Assembly (NCBI RefSeq): GCF_009914755.1
Contig: NC_060933.1
Direction: 5' to 3' (one strand)
Source of the DNA: the human T2T-CHM13v2.0 reference genome, Homo sapiens
Length of the DNA: 64,000 nt
Below the pieces are notes generated by a model. That model was not told the origin of the DNA, did not search any database, and saw only the letters and a program-made list of their open reading frames with translations. The number at the start of each line of letters is the position of its first letter. The first letter of the stretch is position 1. Position numbers and translations under genes: made by a program. Shown here in pieces: positions 1 through 13,900 of this stretch.

Positions 1-115
1 TTCCATTCCACTCCATTCCGTTCCATTCCATTCCATTCCATTGTATTCGGGTTAATTCCATTCCATTCCATTCCATTACAATCGAGTTAATTCCATTCCA
101 TTCCATTCCATTTCA

Positions 116-257
116 GTCCTTTCCATTCCATTCCACTCGGGTTGATTCCATTCTACTAGTTTCCATTCCATTCCATTCCCTTCCATTCCACTCTGGTTGA
201 TACCATTCCTTTCCATTCCACTCGAATACATTCCCTCCTATTCCACTCGGAAAGATT
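116..257 (+). repeat. Recurrent ~140 bp landmark cassette (CAGTCCTTT...CTATTAGTTT...ACTCTGGTTG...ACTCGAATACATTCCCTCCTATTCCACTCGGAACGA), first copy
   Basis: The TCGAATACATTCCCTCCTATT core or a 1-nt variant recurs near 222, 2978, 4670, 5734, 8129, 9458, 11076, 20638, 22699, 23098, 24467, 37698, 40992, 43099, 56595, 57879 and 63255, at irregular spacing. Confidence 0.9.
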
Positions 258-848
258 CCATTCCATTCCATTCCATTCCATTCCATTCCATTCCATTCCA
301 TTCCATTTCGTTCCATTCCATTCCATTGTACTCAGGTTGATTCAATTCCATTGCATTCCATTCCATTCCATTCCATTCCATTCCGTTGCATTCCATTCCA
401 TTACATTCGGATTGATTCTATTCAACTCCCTTACTCTCCATTACATTCCATTCCATTCGGGTTGTTCCATTCCATTCCATTCCATTCCACTCCATTCCAT
501 TGCCCTCGGGTTCATTCCATTCCATTCCATTCCATTCCGGATGATTCCATTCCATTGCATTCCGTTCCTTTACATTCCCCTGCACTCGCGTTTATTCCAT
601 TCCATTCCATTCAGTTCCATTCCATTACAATTCGTTCCATTCCATTCTATTCCGTACCATTCCATTCCATTCCATACCATTCCATTCCATTCCATTCCAT
701 TCCATTCCGTTCCATTCCGTTCCATTCCATTGCATTCCATTCTATTCGGATTAATTCCATTCCATTCCATTCCATTCCATTCTATTCCATTCCATTGCAA
801 TCGAGTTGAATCCATTGCATTTCATTCCATTCCATTCCATTCCATTCC

Positions 849-863
849 ATTCCGGAAGATTCC
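849..863. promoter_or_regulatory. Perfect three-unit heat shock element sequence (nTTCn nGAAn nTTCn), first of about 29 copies; binding not demonstrated
   Basis: aTTCcgGAAgaTTCc at 849-863 matches the HSF consensus of alternating inverted nGAAn pentamers. The match is directly visible; function is inferred from known HSF1 recruitment to Satellite III. Confidence 0.5.
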
Positions 864-3800
864 ATTCCATTGCAATCCATTCCATTCCATTCCCCTGCAC
901 TCGCGTTGATTCCATTCCATTCCATTCCATTCCATTCCATTCCATTCCGTTCCGTTCCATTCCATTCCATTCCATTCCATTCCGTTCCGTTCCATTCCAT
1001 TCCATTCCATTCTATTCGGGTTAATTCCATTCCATTCCATTCGATTGCAATCGAGTTGATTCCATTCCATTCTATTCCATTCCATTCCATTCCATTCCAT
1101 TCCATTGCATTCCATTCCATTCCATTCCCCTGTACTCGGGTTGATTCCATTCCATTCCATTCCAATCCATGCCATTCCACTCGTGTTGATTCCATTCTTT
1201 CCATTCCATTCAAGTTGAATCCATTCCATTGTATTCCATTCCATTCCATTACCCTGCAGTCGGGTTGATTCCATTCCATTCCATTCCATTCCATTCCATT
1301 CCATTCCATTCCGTTCCGTTCCATTCCATTCCATTCCATTCTATTCGGGTTAATTCCATTCCATTCCATTCCATTCCATTCCAATCGAGTTGATTCCATT
1401 CCATTCCATTCCATTCCATTCCACTCCATTCCAGTCCTTTCCATTCCATTCCACTCGGGTTGATTCCAATGTATTCCTTTCCATTCCATTCCATTCCATT
1501 GCAATCGAGTTGATTCCATTGCTTTGCATTCCATTCCATTCCATTCCATTCCGGATGATTCCATTCCATTGCATTCCATTCCATTCCATTCCATTCCATT
1601 CCTTTCCATTCCATTCCATTACATTCGGATTGATTCTATTAAATTCCCTTACACTCCATTACATTCCATTCCATTCGGGTAGTTTCCATTCCATTCCATT
1701 CCATTCCTCTCCATTCCATTGCACTCGGGTTGATTCCATTCCATTGCATTCCATTCCATTCCATTCAATTCCATTCCGTTCCATTCCATTCCATTACATT
1801 TGGATTGATTCTATTCAACTCCCTTACTCTCCATTTCATTCCATTCCATTCGGGTTGTTCCATTCCATTCAATTCCATTCCACTCCATTCCATTGCACTC
1901 GGGTTTATTCCATTCCATTCCATTCCATTACATTACATTCCGGAAGATTCCATTCCATTGCATTCCATTCCATTCCATTCCCCTGCACTCGCGTTGATTC
2001 CATTCCATTCCATTCCCTTCCATTCCTTTCCGTTCCATTCCATTCCATTCCATTCCATTCCAATCCATTCCATTCCGTTCCGTTCCGTTCCATTCCATTC
2101 CATTCCATTCTATTCGGGTTAATTCCATTCCATTCCATTCAATTGCAATCGAGTTGATTCCATTCCATTCTATTCCATTCCATTCCATTCCATTCCATTC
2201 CATTCCTTTCCATTCCATTCCATTACGGATGATTCCATTCCATTGCATTCCATTCAATTCCATTCCCCTGTACTCGGGTTGATTCCATTGCATTCCATTC
2301 CAATCCATGCCATTCCACTCGTGTTGATTCCATTCTTTCCATTCCATTCAAGTTGAATCCATTCCATTGCATTCCATTCCATTCCATTCCCCTGCAGTCG
2401 GGTTGATTCCATTCCATTCCATTCCATTCCATTCCATTCCATTCCATTCCATTCCATTCCGTTCCGTTCCGTTCCATTCCATTCCATTCCATTCTATTCG
2501 GGTTAATTCCATTCCATTCCATTCCATTCCATTCCAATCGAGTTGATTCCATTCCATTCCATTCCATTCCACTCCATTCCAGTCCTTTCCATTCCATTCC
2601 ACTCGGGTTGATTCCAATGTATTCCTTTCCATTCCATTCCATTCCATTGCAATCGAGTTGATTCCATTGCTTTGCATTCCATTCCATTCCGGATGATTCC
2701 ATTCCATTGCATTGCATTCCATTCCATTCCCCTGCACTCGGGTTGATTCCATTCCATTCCACTCCATTCCGTTCCATTCCATTCCATTCCATTGTATTCG
2801 GGTTAATTCCATTCCATTCCATTCCATTCCCTTACAATCTAGTTTATTCCATTCCATTCCATTCCATTCCAGTCCTTTCCATTCCATTCCACTCGGGATG
2901 ATTCCATTCTATTAGTTTCCATTCCATTCCATTCCCTTCCATTCCACTCTGGTTGATTCCATTCCTTTCCATTCCACTCGAATACATTCCCTCCTATTCC
3001 ACTCGGAACGATTCAATTCCATTCCATTCCATTCCATTCCATTCCATTCCATTTCGTTCCATTCCATTCCATTCCGTATCATTCCATTCCATTCCATTCC
3101 ATTCCATTCCATTCCATTCCATTCCATTCCATTGTACTCAGGTTGATTCCATTCCATTGCATTCCATTCCATTCCATTCCATTCCATTCCATTCCATTCC
3201 GTTCCGTTCCATTCCATTCCATTACATTCGGATTGATTCTATTCAACTCCCTTTCTCTCCATTACATTCCATTCCATTCGGGTTGTTCCATTCCATTCCA
3301 TTCTATTCCACTCCATTCCATTGCACTCGGGTTGATTCCATTCCATTCCATTCCATTCCATTCCGGATGATTCCATTCCATTGCATTCCGTTCCATTACA
3401 TTCCCCTGCACTCGCGTTGATTCCATTCCATTCCATTCAATTCCATTTCATTCAATTCCATTCCATTACAATTCGTTCCATTCTATTCTATTCCGTACCA
3501 TTCCATTCCATTCCATGCCATTCCATTCCATTCCATTCCATTCCGTTCCGTTCCGTTCCATTCCATTCCATTCCATTCTATTCGGATTAATTCCATTCCA
3601 TTCAATTCCATTCCATTCCATTCTATTCCATTCCATTGCAATCGAGTTGAATCCATTGCATTTCATTCCATTCCATTCCATTCCATTCCATTCCGGAATT
3701 TTCCATTCCATTGCATTCCATTCCATTCCATTCCCCTGCACTCGCGTTGATTCCATTCCATTCCATTCCATTCCATTCCGTTCCGTTCCATTCCATTCCA

Positions 3801-6800
3801 TTCCATTCCGTTCCGTTCCATTGCATTCCATTCCATTCTATTCGGGTTAATTCCATTCCATTCCATTCGATTGCAATCGAGTTGATTCCATTCCATTCCA
3901 TTCCATTCCATTCCATTCCATTCCATTCCTTTCCATTCCATTACGGATGATTTCATTCCATTGAATTCCATTCCATTCCATTCCCCTGTACTCGGGTTGA
4001 TTCCATTCCATTCCATTCCAATCCATGCCATTCCACTCGTGTTGATTCCATTCTTTCCATTCCATTCAAGTTGAATCCATTCCATTGCATTCCATTCAAT
4101 TTGATTCCATTCGATTGCTCTCGGGTTGATTCCATTCCATTGCATTCCATTCCATTCCATTCCATTCCATTCCATTCCATTCCATTACATTCCATTACAT
4201 TCGGATTGATTCTATTCAATTCCCTTACACTGCATTACATTCCAATCCATTCGGGTAGTTTCCATTCCATTCCATTCCATTCCTCTCCATTCCATTGCAC
4301 TCGGGTTGATTCCATGCCATTCCATTCCATTCCATTCCATTCAATTCCATTCCGTTCCATTCAATTCCATTACATTCGGATTGATTCTATTCAACTCCAT
4401 TACTCTCCATTCCATTCCATTCCATTCGGGTTGTTCCATTCCATTCCATTCCATTCCACTCCATTCCATTGCACTCGGGTTGATTCCATTCCATTCCATT
4501 CCATTCCATTCCATTCCATTCCATTCCAATCGAGTTGATTCCATTCCATTCCATTCCATTCCAGTCCTTTCCATTCCATTCCACTCGGGTTGATTCCATT
4601 CTATTAGTTTCCATTCCATTCCATTCCCTTCCATTCCACTCTGGTTGATTCCATTCCTTTCCATTCCACTTGAATACATTCCCTCCTATTCCACTCGGAA
4701 CGATTCCATTCCATTCCATTCCATTCCATTCCACTTCGTTCCATTCCATTCTATTCCGTATCATTCCATTCCATTCCATTCCATTCCATTCCATTCCATT
4801 CCATTCCATTCCATTCCATTCCATTGTACTCGGGTTGATTCCATTCCATTGCATTCCATTCCATTCCATTCCATTCCATTCCATTCCATTCCATTCCGTT
4901 CCATTCCATTACATTCGGATTGATTCTTTGCAACTCCCTTACTCTCCATTACATTCCATTCCATTCGGATTGTTCCATTCCATTCCATTCCATTCCACTC
5001 CATTCCATTGCACTCGGGTTGATTCCATTCCATTTCATTGCATTCCATTCCGGATGATTCCATTCCATTGTATTCCGTTCCATTACATTCCCCTGCACTC
5101 GGGTTGATTCCATTCCATTCCATTCCATTCCATTCCATTCCATTCCATTCCCCTGCACTCGCGTTGATTCCATTCCATTCCATTCCGTTCCATTCCATTC
5201 CATTCCATTCCATTCTATTCGGGTTAATTCCATTCCATTCCATTCCATTCCATTACATTCCATTCCAATCGAGTTGATTCCATTCCATTCCATTCCATTC
5301 CATTCCACTCCATTCCAGTCCTTTCCATTCCATTCCACTAGGGTTGATTCCAATGTATTCCTTTCTATTCCATTCCATTCCATTGCAATCGAGTTGATTC
5401 CATTGCTTTGCATTCCATTCCATTCCATTCCATTCCGGATGATTCCATTCCATTGCATTCCATTCCATTCCATTCCCCTGCACTCGGGTTGATTCCATTC
5501 CATTCCACTCCATTCCGTTCCATTCCATTCCATTCCATTGTATTCGGGTTAATTCCATTCCATTCCATTCTATTCCATTCCATTCCATTACAATCGAGTT
5601 GATTCCATTCCATTCCATTCCATTCCAGTCCTTTCCATTCCATTCCTCTCGGGTTGATTCCATTGTATTAGTTTCCATTCCATTCCATTCTCTTCCATTC
5701 CACTCTGGTTGATTCCATTCCTTTCCATTCCACTCGAATACATTCCCTCCTATTCCACTCGGAACGATTCCATTCCATTCCATTCCATTCCGTTCCATTC
5801 CATTCTATTCCGTATCATTCCATTCCATTCCATTCCATTCCATTCCATTCCATTCCATTCCATTGTACTCGGGTTGATTCCATTCCATTGCATTCCATTC
5901 CATTCCATTCCATTCCATTCCGTTGCATTCCATTCCATTACATTCGGATTGATTCTATTCAACTCCCTTACTCTCCATTACATTCCATTCCATTCGGGTT
6001 GTTCCATTCCATTCCATTCCATTCCCCTCCATTCCATTGCACTCGGGTTGATTCCATTCCATTCCATTCCATTCCATTCCATTCCATTCCATTCCATTCC
6101 GGATGATTCCATTCCATTGCATTCCGTTCCATTACATTCCCCTGCACTCGCGTTGATTCCATTCCATTCCATTCCATACCATTCCATTCCATTCCATTCC
6201 ATTCCATTCCATTCCTTTCCATTCCGTTCCATTCCATTCCATTCCATTCTATTCGAATTAATTCCATTCCATTCCATTCCATTCCATTTCGTTCCATTCC
6301 ATTCTATTCCGTATCATTCCATTCGATTCCATTCCATTCCATTCCATTCCATTCCATTCCATTCCATTGTACTCGGGTTGATTCAATTCCATTGCATTCC
6401 ATTCCATTCCATTCCATTCCATTCCATTCCTTTCCATTCCGTTGCATTCCATTCCATTACATTCGGATTGATTCTATTCAACTCCCTTAGTCTCCATTAC
6501 ATTCCATTGCACTCGGGTTGATTCCATTCCATTCCATTCCATTCCATTCCATTCCATTCCATTCCATTCCGGATGATTCCATTCCATTGCATTCCGTTCC
6601 ATTACATTCCCCTGCACTCGCGTTGATTCCATTCCATTCCATTCCATTCCATTCCATTCAATTCCATTCCATTACAATTCGTTCCATTCCATTCTATTCC
6701 GTACCATTCCATTCCATTCCATACCATTCCATTCCATTCCATTCCATTCCATTCCGTTCCATTCCGTTCCATTCTATTCCATTCCATTCCATTCCGTTGC

Positions 6801-9800
6801 AATCGAGTTGATTCCATTCCATTCCTTTCCATTCCATTCCATTGCCTTGCATTCCACTCGGGTTGATTCCATTCCCTTCTTTCCACTCCATTACATTCCC
6901 TTCCATTCCACTGGGAATGATTGATTCCATTCCATTCCATTCCATTTCATTCCATTGCAATCCATTCCAATCCATTCCATTCCATTCCATTCCACTCGAG
7001 TTGACTTCATTCCATTCCTTTCCATTCCCTTCCATTCCTTTCCATTCCATTCCATTCCTTTCCACTCGAGTTGATTCCATTCCATTCCAATCCATTGCAT
7101 TCCATTCCATGCCATTCCACTCGGTTTGATTCCATTCCTTTGCATTCCATTCCATTGCATTCCATTCCATTCCATTCCATTCCGTTGCATTCCATTCCAT
7201 TACATTCGGATTGATTCTATTCAACTCCCTTACTCTCCATTACATTCCATTCCATTCGTGTTGTTCCATTCCATTCCATTCCATACCACTCCATTCCATT
7301 CCATTCCATTCCACTCGTGTTGATTCCATTCCTTTCCATTCCATTCTGTTTGAAGTCATTCCATTCCATTCAATTCCTTTCCATTCCATTCCATTCCATT
7401 CCATTCCTCTCCATTCCATTGCACATGGCTTGATTCCATTCCATTCATTTCCATTCCATTCCATTCCATTCCATTCCATTCCATTCCATTCCATTGTACT
7501 CGGGTTGATTCCATTCCATTCCATTGCATTCCATTCCATTCCATTCCATTCCATTCCATTCCATTCCGTTCCATTCCATTCCATTATATTCGGATTGATT
7601 CTATTCAACTCCCTTACTCTCCATTACATTCCATTCCATTCGGGTTGTTCCACTCCATTCCATTCCATTCCATTCCATTCCATTCCATTCCATTCCATTC
7701 CGGATGATTCCATTCCATTGCATTCCGTTCCATTACATTCCCCTGCACTCCGGTTGATTCCATTCCATTCCATTTGATTCCATTCCATTCCCCTGCACTC
7801 GCGTTGATTCCATTCCATTCCATTCCTTTCCATTCCATTCCATTCCATTCCTTTCCGTTCCATTCCATTCCATTCCATTCCATTCTATTCCGTTCCGTTC
7901 CATTCCGTTCCATTCCATTCTATTCGGGTTAATTCCATTCCATTCCATTCGATTGCAATCGAGTTGATTCCATTCCATTCCATTCCATTCCATTCCATTC
8001 CATTCCATTCCATTCCATTGTACTCGGGTTGTTTCCATTCCATTGCATTCCATTCCATTCAATTCCATTCCATTCCATTCCATTCCATTCCATTCCACTC
8101 TGGTTGATTCCATTCCTTTCCATTCCACTCGAATACATTCCCTCCTATTCCACTCGGAACGATTCCTTTCCATTCCATTCCATTCCATTCCATTCTATTC
8201 CATTCCATTCCATTCCATTCCATTTCGGATGATTCCATTCCATTGCATTCCATTCCATTCCATTCCCCTGCACTCGGGTTGATTCCATTCCATTCCCTTC
8301 CATTCCATTCCGTTCCATTCCATTCCATTCCATTCGGATTGATTCTATTCAATTCCCTTACACTCCATCACATTCCATTACATTCGGGTAGTTTCCATTC
8401 CATTCCATTCCATTCCTCTCCATTCCATTGCACTCGGGTTCATTCCATTCCATTCCATTCCATTCCATTTCATTCCATTCCATTCCATTACATTCGGATT
8501 GATTCTATTCAATTCCCTTACAGTCCATTACATTCCATTCCATTCGGGATGTTTCCATTCCATTCCATACCATTCCACTCCATTCCATTGCATCGGGTTG
8601 ATTGCATTCCATTCCATTCAATTCCATTCCGGATGATTCCATTCCATTGCATTCCATTCCATTCCATTCCCCTGCACTCGGGTTGATTACTTTCCATTCC
8701 ATTCCCTTCTATGCCTTTCCATTCCATTCCATTCCATTCTATTCGGGTTATTTCCATTCCATTCCATTCCATTCCATTCCATTCCATTGCAATCGAGTTG
8801 ATTCCATTCCATTCCATTCCATTCCGTTCCGGATGATTCCATTCCATTGCATTCCATTCTATTCCATTCCCCTGCAGTCGGCTTGATTCCATTCCATTCC
8901 ATTCCATTCCATTCCATTCCGTTCCAATCCATTCCATTCCATTCTATTCGTGTTAATTCCATTCCATTCCATTCCATTCCAATCGAGTTGATTCCATTCC
9001 TTTCCATTCCATTCCAATCCACTCCATTCCAGTCCTTTCCATTCCATTCCACTCGGGTTTATTCCATTCTATTCCTTTCCATTCCATTCCATTCCATTGC
9101 AATCGAGTTGATTCCATTGCTTTGCATTCCATTCCATTCCATTCCATTCCGGATGATTCCATTCCATTGCATTCCATTCCATTCCATTCCCCTGCACTCT
9201 GGTTGATTCCATTCCATTCCATTCCATTCCGTTCCATTCCATTCCATTCCATTGTATTCGGGTTAATTCCATTCCATTCCATTCCATTCCATTCCATTCC
9301 ATTCCATTACAATCGAATTGATTCCATTCCATTCCATTCCATTCCATTCCAGTCCTTTTCATTCCATTCCACTCGGGTTGATTCCATTCTATTACTTTCC
9401 ATACCATTCCATTCCCTTCCATTCCACTCTGGTTGATTCCATTCCTTTCCATTCCACTCGAATACATTCCCTCCTATTCCACTCGGAACGATTCCATTCC
9501 ATTCCATTCCATTCCATTCCATTCCATTCCATTCCATTGCATTTCGTTCCATTCCATTCTATTCCGTACCATTCCATTCCCTTCCATTACATTCCATTCC
9601 ATTCCACTCGTGTTGATTCCATTCCTTTCCATTCCATTCTGTTTGAAATCTTTCCATTCCATTCAATTCCTTTCCATTCCATTCCATTCCATTCCATTCC
9701 ATTCCATTCCATTCCATTCCTCTCCATTGCATTGCACTTGGGTTGATTCCATTCCATTCATTTCCATTCCATTCCATTCCTTTCCATTCCATTCTACTCG

Positions 9801-12399
9801 GGTTGATTCCATTCCATTGCATTCCATTCCATTACATTATATTCCATTCCATTCCGTTCCATTCCATTCCATTATATTCGGATTGATTCTATTCAACCCC
9901 CTTACTCTCCATTACATTCTATTCCATTCGGGTTGTTCCATTCCATTCCATTCCATTCCTTTCCATTCCATTCTATTCCATTCCATTCCGGATGATTCCA
10001 TTCCATTGCATTCCGTTCCATTACATTCCCCTGCACTCGGGTTGATTCCATTCCATTTCATTCCATTCCATTTGATTCCATTCCATTGCCGTGCACTTGC
10101 GTTGATTCCATTCCAATCCATTCCATTCCATTCCATTCCTTTCCATTCCATTCCTTTCCGTTCCATTCAATTCCATTCCATTCCATTCCTTTCCGTTCCG
10201 TTTCGTTCCATTCCATTCTATTCGGGTTAATTCCATTCCATTCCATTCGATTGCAATCGAGGTGATTCCATTCCATTCCATTCCATTCCATTCCATTCCA
10301 TTACATTCCATTCCTTTCCATTCCTTTACGGATGATTCCATTCTATTGCATTCCTTTCCATTCCATTCCCCTGTACTCGGGTTGATTCCATTCCATTCCA
10401 TTCCAATCCGTGCCATTCCACTCGTGTTAATTCCATTCTTTCCATTCCATTCAAGTTGAATCCATTCCATTGCATTCCATTCCATTCGATTCCATTCGAT
10501 TTCACTCGGGTTGATTCCATTCCATTGCATTCCATTCCATTCCGTTCCATTCCATTTCATTACATTCAGATTGATTCTTTTCAATTCCCTTAAACTCCAT
10601 TATATTCCAATCCATTCTGGTTGTTTCCATTCCACTCCATTCCAGTCCTTTCCTTTCCATTCCACTCGGGTTGATTCCATTCTATTCCTTTCCATTCCAT
10701 TCCATTCCATTGCAATCGAGTTGATTCCATTGCTTTGCATTCCATTCCATTCCATTCCATTCCGGATGATTCCATTCCATTGCATTCCATTCCATTCCAT
10801 TCCCCTGCACTCGGGTTGATTCCATTCCATTCCACTCCATTCCGTTCCATTCCATTCCATTCCATTGTATTCGGGTTAATTCCATTCCATTCCATTCCAT
10901 TCCATTCCATTCCATTACAATCGAGTTGATTCCATTCCATTCCATTCCATTCCATTCCATTCCATTCCAGTCCTTTCCATTCCATTCCACTCGGGTTGAT
11001 TCCATTCTATTAGTTTCCATTCCATTCCGTTCCCTTCCATTCCACTCTGGTTGATTCCATTCCTTTCCATTCCACTCGAATACATTCCCTCCTATTCCAC
11101 TCGGAACGATTCCATTCCATTCCATTCCATTCCATTCCATTCCATTCCATTCCATTCCTTTCCATTCCATTCCATTTCGTTCCATTCCATTCTATTCCGT
11201 ACCATTCCATTCCATTCCATTCCATTCCATTCCATTCCACTTGTGTTGATTCCATTCCTTTCCATTCCATTCGGTTTGAAGTCATTCCATTCCATTCAAT
11301 TCCTTTCCATTCCATTCTATTCCATTCCATTCCATTCCATTGTACTCGGGTTGATTCCATTCCATTGCATTCCATTCCATTCCATTACATTACATTCGGA
11401 TTGATTCTATTCAACTCCCTTACTCTCCATTCCATTCCATTCCATTCGGGTTGTTCCATTCCATTCCATTCCATTCCACTCCATTACATTGCACTCGGGT
11501 TGATTCCATTCCATTCCATTCCATTCCATTCCATTCCATTCCATTCCATTCCGGATGATTCCATTCCATTGCATTCCATTCCATTCGATTCCATTCCATT
11601 CCAATTCGTTCCATTCCATTCTATTCCGTACCATTCCATTCCATTCCATTCCATACCATTCCATTCCATTCCATTCCATTCCATTCCATTCCATTCCATT
11701 CCATTCCATTCCATTCCCTTCCATTCCTTTCCATTCCATTCCATTCCATTCCATTCGGGTTAATTCCATTCCATTCCATTCCATTCCATTCTATTCCATT
11801 CCATTGCAATCGAGTTGAATCCATTGCATTCCATTCCATTCCTTTCCATTCCATGCCATTCCTTTCCAGAAGATTCCATTCCATTGCATTCCATTCCATT
11901 CCATTCCCTTGCACTCGCGTTGATTCCATTCCATTCCATTCCATTCCATTCCATTCCATTCCATTCCGTCCCGTTCCGTTCCATTCCATTCCATTCCTTT
12001 CCATTCCATTCCATTCCATTCCGTTCCGTTCCATTCCATTCCATTCCGTTCTATTCGGGTTAATTCCATTCCATTCCATTCGATTGCAATCGAGTTGATT
12101 CCATTCCATTGATTTCCATTCCATTCCATTCCATTCCATTCCATTCCTTTCCATTCCATTACAGATGATTCCATTCCATTGCATTCCATTCCATTCCATT
12201 CCCCTGTACTCGTGTTGATTCCATTACATTCCATTCCAATCCATGCCATTCCACTCGTGTTGATTCCATTCTTTCCTTTCCATTCAAGTTGAATCCATTC
12301 CATTGCATTCCATTCCATTCGATTCCATTTGATTGCAGTCGGGTTGATTCCATTCCATTGCATTCCATTCCATTCCATTTCATTCCATTCCGTTCCATT

Positions 12400-13900
12400 C
12401 CATTCCGTTCCATTCCATTGCATTACATTCGGATTGCTTCTATTCAATTCCCTTACACTCCATTACATTCCATTCCATTCGGGTACTTTCCATTCCATTC
12501 CATTCCATTCCTCTCCATTCCATTGCACTCGGGTTGATTCCATTCCATTCATTTCCATTCCATTCCATTCCTTTCCATTCCATTCTACTCGGGTTGATTC
12601 CATTCCATTGCATTCCATTCCATTCCATTCCATTCCATTCCATTCCCTTCCATTCCATTCCATTATATTCGGATTGATTCTATTCAACTCCCTTACTCTC
12701 CATTACATTCCATTCCATTCGGGTTGTTCCATTCCATTCCATTCCATTCCACTCCATTCCAATCCATTCCATTCCATTCCACTCCGTTCCATTCCATTCC
12801 ATTCCATTCCATTCCATTCCATTCCATTCTGGATGATTCCATTCCATTGCATTCCATTCCATTTCATTCCCCTGCACTTGGGTTGATTGCATTCCATTCC
12901 ATTCCATTCCATTTGAATCCATTCCATTCCCCTGCACTCGCGTTGATTCCATTCCATTCCATTCCATTCCATTCCATTCCATTCCATTCCATTCCATTCC
13001 TTTCTGTTCCATTCCATTCCATTCCATTCCGTTCCGTTCCATTCCGTTCCAATCCATTCTATTTGGGTTAATTCCATTCCATTCCATTCGATTGCAATCG
13101 AGTTGATTCCATTCCATTCCATTCCATTCCATTCCATTCCATTCCATTGCATTCCATTCCATTCCATTCCATTCCAATCCATTCCATTCCATTCCATTCG
13201 GATTGCTTCTATTCAATTCCCTTACACTCCATTACATTCCATTCCATTCGGGTACTTTCCATTCCATTCCATTCCATTCCTCTCCATTCCATTGCACTCG
13301 GGTTGATTCCATTCCATTCATTTCCATTCCATTCCATTCCTTTCCATTCCATTCTACTCGGGTTGATTCCATTCCATTGCATTCCATTCCATTCCATTCC
13401 ATTCCATTCCATTCCATTCCGTTCCATTACATTCCATTATATTCGGATTGATTCTATTCAACTCCCTTACTCTCCATTACACTCCATTCCATTCGGGTTG
13501 TTGCATTCCATTCCATTCCATTCCACTCCATTCCATTCCATTCCATTCCATTCCACTCCATTCCATTCCATTCCATTCCATTCCACTCCATTCCATTCCA
13601 TTCCATTCCATTCCATTCCATTCCATTCCGGATGATTCCATTCCATTGCATTCTGTTCCATTTCATTCCCCTGCACTTGGGTTGATTGCATTCCATTCCA
13701 TTCCATTCCATTTGAATCCATTCCATTCCCCTGCACTCGGGTTGATTCCATTCCATTCCATTCCATTCCATTCCATTCCATTCCATTCCTTTCCATTCCA
13801 TTCCATTCCATTCCATTCCGTTCCGTTCCATTCCGTTCCATTCCATTCTATTTGGGTTAATTCCATTCCATTCCATTCGATTGCAATCCAGTTGATTCCA
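12400..13900 (+). repeat. Tandem duplication, unit about 770-790 bp
   Basis: Private variants occur in pairs: GGATTGCTTC (12431, ~13200), GGGTACTTTCC (12481, ~13250), ACTTGGGTTGATTGC...ATTTGAATCC (~12875, ~13675), CTATTTGGGTTAA (~13059, ~13848). Near-identical ORF translations 12440..12658 and 13209..13427 are offset by 769. Confidence 0.9.

Larger units (their letters stand above)
1..4090 (+). repeat. Older direct duplication: about 1-1230 repeated at about 2756-4090
   Basis: Same cassette order, with shared rare variants TGTACTCAGG (~327 and ~3133) and CTATTCGGATTAA (~742 and ~3578). Offset is about 2.75-2.85 kb. Confidence 0.7.

Noticed and set aside
227-257. CCCTCCT (reverse complement AGGAGGG) resembling a ribosome-binding site
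   Set aside because: It is a diverged pentamer pair inside a eukaryotic satellite cassette, with no associated coding sequence.
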